Part shown: positions 59,183 through 64,000 of the stretch, piece after piece
How positions within the stretch are numbered: position 1 is the first letter of the stretch
Layout: each line of letters opens with the position of its first letter
Assembly: GCA_963676165.1 (NCBI GenBank)
Contig: OY781043.1
Location: 2,233,342-2,297,341 of the forward strand
Reading direction: 5' to 3'
Length of the DNA: 64,000 bases
DNA from: Bacteroidales bacterium
GTDB lineage: Bacteria; Bacteroidota; Bacteroidia; Bacteroidales; ML635J-15
Notes under the pieces: generated by a model
What the model was told of the DNA's origin: nothing
Database searches by the model: none
Seen by the model: only the letters and a program-made list of their open reading frames with translations
Position numbers and translations under genes: made by a program

Positions 59183-60819
59183 TAGTCAAGAATTCTCCAA
59201 TCTGCAAAATACTCAACGACAAGATTAGCTTTGGGTTCAGATTGGTAAAGGTAATTAGAATTGTATGTCCAACCCATAGACTCGGAGCCCCCTCCACTTT
59301 GGGTTGTTATAAAATAACGATTCCCAATGTGTCCAAAATAATCCGCTTGAGCTCTTGGATTATCGGAATCTCCACCACTTGGATCAACAGGTACCCAACC
59401 ATAATTTGGCAAGTAAACCTCAACCCAACGGTGAAAAACGTCATCGCTACTCACAGGATCGTGCATGGAAACCACAGAGCCAACGTAGCGAGCAGGTAAG
59501 CCCGCAGCACGACACATGGCAATATAAACAAAACTATACTCTGAACAGGAACCATTTCCTCTAGCAAGCACAGTTGGAGCAGTATTCCAACCACCGCTCA
59601 TTTCATAGTACATGCGAGGCATAAGGTAATGATATATTTTTCGAGCAATCCAATATGGATTTTCCTCATCTCCCACTGCCTCTTTCACTGCATTGGTAAT
59701 AACGTCATGAGTAATTTGGTATTTCTCATGATTCTCTAGAAAAGTCTCTTTTACAGATGTTGGAATTTCATCCAAACCTCCCACTTTATCAGGAAATATA
59801 AAGTAACGTACATCCCAAGTACGAATTTCAGCTTTCATCATCACTTCATGTACATCTCCCGCTTTCATTTTATCAAGATGAAAATGAGCTGTTTTTTGTC
59901 CCCATTTATCAACCGGAAAATCTGTAGGTTTTTCACTCCATTCGAGAGGAGAAAGCAACTCTTGATTATCACGGTTTGATCCCATCGCAAAATGCACATC
60001 CAAAGAAGTCACCTTGCCGGGGCCAAAATTGGTCGCTTGATGTGTATATTTCACTTCAGCAGTTTGTTCATTTGTTCTTCGATACAAATCATCATCTTGA
60101 CGAACTAATTGAAATATTGCTTCTTCGTTCCAGTCCACATTCCACAAGGTTTCACCATCCCAAGCCAAATCGCAAGCATATTTTCCTGGAGCTTCAGTTA
60201 TGAGCAGAACTTTACCCGTTTCAGGACTTATCATATACAACTCATCATTCATTCGATCACTCACCCAAAGGTAAGTTCCATCAAAAGTAATTCCATAAGC
60301 ATGATGAGCGGGAGCTTTAAAACTTGAAATTGTGGTACCATCTTCAGGACTCAGTTGAATAATTTGATTTTGAGCATCGTCCACTGTCCAAAGATATTTC
60401 CCATCAAAACACATTCCAACAGGTCTAGCAGCAGGAACATCAATGCGATGTAAAATCTCCCCATTTTCAGGATTGATTTTGTAAGCAACTCCTCGATAAT
60501 TCTCTGCCAAAGGAATTCCTCCCTTAACATCCGTTACCCAAAGTGCATTTCCATCGTAAGTCAATCCACTTGGCCAATATGCAGGTGCAGGAATTGTGCG
60601 CAATATTTTACCTGTTTCAGGATGAATGAAATAAATTAAGTCGGTTTTTCGATCAGCCATAACCAATTCACCATCTGCATAGCATAAACCCGTTGGGAAA
60701 TCGGTTGAGATAGAGATCTGCTTTATGATTTCACCAGGATAAGCAAAAGAATTCAGCGAAATAGCAATGAATAATAATCCAAAGATACCGGACAAATAGA
60801 AGCGAGCGTTTTTTATCAT
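59182..60819 (-). CDS. beta-propeller + transglutaminase-like cysteine protease domain protein
   Basis: Repeats of ..DG..LWV.D are glutaminyl-cyclase/NHL-like blades. GNGSCSEYSFVYIAMCRAAGLPARYV...HRWVEVYL..YGWVPVDP is a transglutaminase core. TAATG overlap with the pbpC start. Confidence 0.8.
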   Translation of the reverse strand: MIKNARFYLSGIFGLLFIAISLNSFAYPGEIIKQISISTDFPTGLCYADGELVMADRKTDLIYFIHPETGKILRTIPAPAYWPSGLTYDGNALWVTDVKGGIPLAENYRGVAYKINPENGEILHRIDVPAARPVGMCFDGKYLWTVDDAQNQIIQLSPEDGTTISSFKAPAHHAYGITFDGTYLWVSDRMNDELYMISPETGKVLLITEAPGKYACDLAWDGETLWNVDWNEEAIFQLVRQDDDLYRRTNEQTAEVKYTHQATNFGPGKVTSLDVHFAMGSNRDNQELLSPLEWSEKPTDFPVDKWGQKTAHFHLDKMKAGDVHEVMMKAEIRTWDVRYFIFPDKVGGLDEIPTSVKETFLENHEKYQITHDVITNAVKEAVGDEENPYWIARKIYHYLMPRMYYEMSGGWNTAPTVLARGNGSCSEYSFVYIAMCRAAGLPARYVGSVVSMHDPVSSDDVFHRWVEVYLPNYGWVPVDPSGGDSDNPRAQADYFGHIGNRYFITTQSGGGSESMGWTYNSNYLYQSEPKANLVVEYFADWRILD

Positions 60820-61028
60820 AGCAACAAGTTTTCGTTCAATAAGATAGAATCATTTCAATCTGTTAAGCAACATAAAAAAAAGTTCATCATTTGACAACAT
60901 TCAATTCATATATCTCGTAAAATTAACTAGTATCTTTGAAACTACCATTACAAGAGATGATGATTTTTAACATGCTGATTGACTAAAGATACATTTTTTA
61001 AAAGGGAAACAATCAAAACCAGTTGAAT

Positions 61029-61931
61029 ATGAAATATTTTTACAGCCTTTTAATTTTTGCATTTACGATCAGTACAATCTGTGCCCAATCCAACTTTAAT
61101 GAACCTCCAACTCGTAGTGAATTTGAACAATTAAAATCAAAAGTTCAGGTTTACGAGCGCAATCAAAATAATGTCATGGCACGAATGAACGGCATTAACA
61201 CTGAAATTGACGATGCTTTTCTTCGCTTGGATTCTGTCATGTATGATCAAGAAGCTTATTTAGATTCCATTATTAACCGAATAGCTCTTGAAAGTCAAGG
61301 ATTGCAAGAAGAAGCCGTTAAAAACTTTCTAACTGCAGACGATTTAATCCCATTAGAGTCCAAAATGGAGGAAGATTTTGCTAAACAGCAAGAAGAAAGC
61401 ATGTTTTACAATTCCATTGCAGGTGGTGGAATTTTGCTGGTCTTAATTATTACTCTTGTTTTGTTTTTCATTTCAAATGGGAAACGTAAAAAGTTAAAGA
61501 AAGCGCTATTGGAGCTTCAAGAAAGCAACAAAACCGATATTGAAAAATTGATACAAGAGATCAAACAGAAGTTAGAATCTCAAATAAAGGAAAGCTCAGA
61601 CAGTTTACAAAATGAAAATGACAAGCAAGTATCTGCCTTACGTACAAACATTAATCAAACGACAAAACAATTTGAGGCGCAATCTGAGAAAAATATGGAA
61701 AGTGTCATTAGCAAACTTGAGGATGCAGTAAGCAAATTGGATACGGAATGGAAAACAAATCTAGATACTCTCTCAAAAGCAAAAGACAAGCTAATTGAAA
61801 ACAGCGAAAAACAACAAGGAGAGAAAGTTGCAGACTTTGTGGATTCCACAAACAAGGCAATGAAAAAACTTGAAAATTCGATTAAAAAGTTACAAACTGA
61901 AATGAAGAAAATAGACACAAAAGACTCATAG
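61029..61931 (+). CDS. signal-peptide, single-TM, Lys/Glu-rich coiled-coil protein
   Basis: MKYFYSLLIFAFTISTICAQ, TM helix GGGILLVLIITLVLFFI, then heptad-rich sequence. Confidence 0.5.
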   Translation: MKYFYSLLIFAFTISTICAQSNFNEPPTRSEFEQLKSKVQVYERNQNNVMARMNGINTEIDDAFLRLDSVMYDQEAYLDSIINRIALESQGLQEEAVKNFLTADDLIPLESKMEEDFAKQQEESMFYNSIAGGGILLVLIITLVLFFISNGKRKKLKKALLELQESNKTDIEKLIQEIKQKLESQIKESSDSLQNENDKQVSALRTNINQTTKQFEAQSEKNMESVISKLEDAVSKLDTEWKTNLDTLSKAKDKLIENSEKQQGEKVADFVDSTNKAMKKLENSIKKLQTEMKKIDTKDS

Positions 61932-62066
61932 ACACAAGGAGACAGGGACGAGGGAATTGGATAGCCCTGAAAAGCCGTAATAGACAGGCCTGATATTACA
62001 TCAGGTCTGTCTTGTTTTATAAAGATCTGGCAAAAAACTAAAAGGAGGAGAACTCAACTTGAATTC

Positions 62067-62609
62067 TTATAATAAATCAAACAAATCATTAAATAAAAGC
62101 AAGTCAACATTAGGTTGTTCATTAAAAAAGCTCATAGAGTCATCAATAAAATCCATTAGCAATACTTCTTCTAACTCTCTATTTGTTAGTAAAGTTAAAG
62201 ATAACACCTCCAATTGACTTTTCAAAAGCTCATAAAATTCATATTGTATTTTAGTCATGGGGAAATAATATACCCCCTCAATATGTTTACCTATAGCCCT
62301 ATTAGGATCACAATTAGTAATCTTATATTTAAAATGATCTTTACAAAATTTTCCTAATTTTGAAAAGAACAAATGATATTCATATTTAATAAAGAAATCA
62401 TTTTGCTTGTATTCTCCCATTGAAACAATTAACCATACCTGAGGATTATCTTCTTGCTGGAACAATTCAAAATCAAACCCATACTGGTTTAATAATCTTT
62501 CGATCTCAGCAGGAAGAACAAAAGTTTCCTTTACTTTCTGCCTGAAAAGAGAAACATTATTTATCAATGTTAATACTTCTTCTATTTTATTTTTCAATAC
62601 ATTATTCAT
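62067..62609 (-). CDS. hypothetical protein (AT-rich orphan next to the IS)
   Basis: ORF only; no motif recognised. Confidence 0.4.
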   Translation of the reverse strand: MNNVLKNKIEEVLTLINNVSLFRQKVKETFVLPAEIERLLNQYGFDFELFQQEDNPQVWLIVSMGEYKQNDFFIKYEYHLFFSKLGKFCKDHFKYKITNCDPNRAIGKHIEGVYYFPMTKIQYEFYELLKSQLEVLSLTLLTNRELEEVLLMDFIDDSMSFFNEQPNVDLLLFNDLFDLL

Positions 62610-62960
62610 AATAGTTTTTCAATGTCATGTTTCCCAGATTTATCTAATGGGGGTTTTATTTCCGTCAAATTTTAATTCCCCTTGATGTTTTCCTTTTTTA
62701 TTGTACATCTCAAAAGTACTATTTTAATTATCACAATATTTTACCCTGCGGCTGTATTGGCAAGCCTCCGCTGCTCATGCTACCCGATGCAAAAGCTACA
62801 TCAGTCCGTGTCGGAGTTGTGGACAATGGACTGCTGTAATTTTTTGCATTTCCTCTTTCCCTTGATATGTCGTAAACTTCTTCCACGGAACTTAGAACCT
62901 CTTCCTAGGCTTTAACAAATATACTTTTTTGCCACGAAAAAGGCGCCCCAAGCCACGAAT

Positions 62961-62987
62961 GGTCGGAAGAAAATCCGACCATTTTTT
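62961..62987 (+). terminator. plus-strand intrinsic terminator abutting the transposase stop
   Basis: GGTCGGA-agaaaa-TCCGACC followed by ATTTTTT. Confidence 0.5.
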
Positions 62988-64000
62988 ATGTTTTAAACAT
63001 AAGATCAGGGGTTCCTCCGCATTGACTTACTATTAAGGCAATTGCAAGATTACGAACTTCCATAGCAAATCTTCTTTTGGCTGTTTTATATCCGAGATTG
63101 TTTGCCTTCTTGTATATTAGAATAAGCATGGCCACAATCAAGGTCATATACATCATTACTTCAATACCGTTTTTATTCAAGGAGACTAAATGGCTCACGT
63201 TTAATTCTTGCTTAATAAATCTGAAAAACACCTCTATGTCCCATCTGCGTCGATAAGCTTGAGCTATTTCTTTTGCAGTTAACTTAAAATCATTGGTTAA
63301 GAACCAATATTGCTGATCTTGCTTTTCTTTACTTTTTATAATAATCAAACGAAACTTAGTATTGACTAATTCTTCCCGATAATGAATGTTACCCCGCTTG
63401 TTTTTAATGGGAATACCTGTATAGAGTTTGACTTTAGAATCTTTTATTAAAATAGAGTCTCCTAGATCTAGACCCTGCTTTGGTTTAATGAGTGTTTCTA
63501 ATTCTTCATACTTTCGATTTTCTTTTGCTCTGTATATAAATCGGATGGCTTTTTCAGAGAAACTCTTCATTGTCCGTGAGGATTGAAGTCCCCTGTCTAA
63601 AACGTAAATGTTTTTATGGCTTTTTTCTTTTTTTACGTGGCTTTGAACTACTTCTGGCAAAGCTATATCTTCACTTGAATAACTCGGTGAGGTAAATGTA
63701 TGTATATCACAGGGAAGGACTCCATCGAAAGCAGCACTATATTTTATGGCTTTTTTCCCACTGTTATTTAATCCTTCCGCTAATTTCCCTGCTGTTTCAC
63801 TTACAATCGAGCTATCAACACGAACAAGATTATATTTATGCCTGTCTGTTTCTTGATAATACTCTGAAAACTGATCGTAAATACACTCATAAACTTGTTT
63901 GAAAAAAGAAGAATCAATCTTTGATAGTCTTTCTGAGATAGAACTTCTTCGAACTGTTTCTTCTTGATCTAAATCAAAGAGCAATTTAAACATAGGATCA
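62986..64000 (-). mobile_element. IS4-family insertion sequence, DDE transposase ORF (N-terminus runs off the window)
   Basis: YRRRWDIEVFFRFIKQ (the Y-2-R-3-E-6-K signature) and VLDRG. The frame is still open at nt 64000, and neither IS end could be defined. Confidence 0.85.

Noticed and set aside
62682-62915. 77-aa ORF next to the IS
   Set aside because: The translation is Cys/Leu/Phe-rich and implausible, with no start context. The region is treated as non-coding (see the finding on 62610-64000).
1-64000. Search for tRNA, rRNA and CRISPR arrays
   Set aside because: I found no T-loop/acceptor-like GGTTCGAATCC-type strings in intergenic DNA, no rRNA-like conserved blocks, and no short direct repeats with regular unique spacers. 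The only regular repeats are the in-frame protein repeats at 34300-35830.

Overview
AT-rich chromosomal window that looks like Bacteroidota. Six ORFs end in type IX secretion (T9SS) C-terminal sorting domains, several proteins carry lipoprotein signal peptides, and TAnnTTTG-type -7 promoter boxes precede some genes. Most of the window is ordinary housekeeping and metabolism: pdxH, lgt, an Fe-alcohol dehydrogenase, a divergent GH15 / OtsA-OtsB trehalose pair, a GT2, an M48 peptidase, a DHOD-like flavoprotein, an AraC-linked flavodoxin/AKR/hydrolase/cupin cluster, an RluA-family synthase, a CvfB-like S1 protein, a ZIP transporter, OsmC, an aminotransferase, yicC-gmk, patatin, DUF4838, an ABC-G-like transporter, an SDR and pbpC. 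I found no rRNA, tRNA or CRISPR array. The accessory-looking content is: (i) a same-strand block of sensor kinase, LuxR-type response regulator, a 1572-aa T9SS protein and a 1173-aa T9SS protein with tandem repeats. This block carries three copies of a 23-bp quasi-palindromic box, two of which form an inverted pair around 259 bp of the giant gene's leader. (ii) A 646-bp non-coding, GC-enriched, hairpin-dense insert flanked by 102-bp direct repeats (95/102 identical) that duplicate the pdxH 3' end and its terminator. (iii) A cassette of an RpoA-CTD-like small protein, DUF5320, DUF134 and a NifX-like protein, sitting upstream of the ZIP and OsmC genes. (iv) A MITE-like palindromic element, an MFS pseudogene, a duplicated orphan gene leader, and a partial IS4-family element at the right edge. 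All calls rest on reading the supplied translations and DNA by eye. No database search was possible, so the family names are motif-based recognitions and the regulatory or mobile interpretations are hypotheses.
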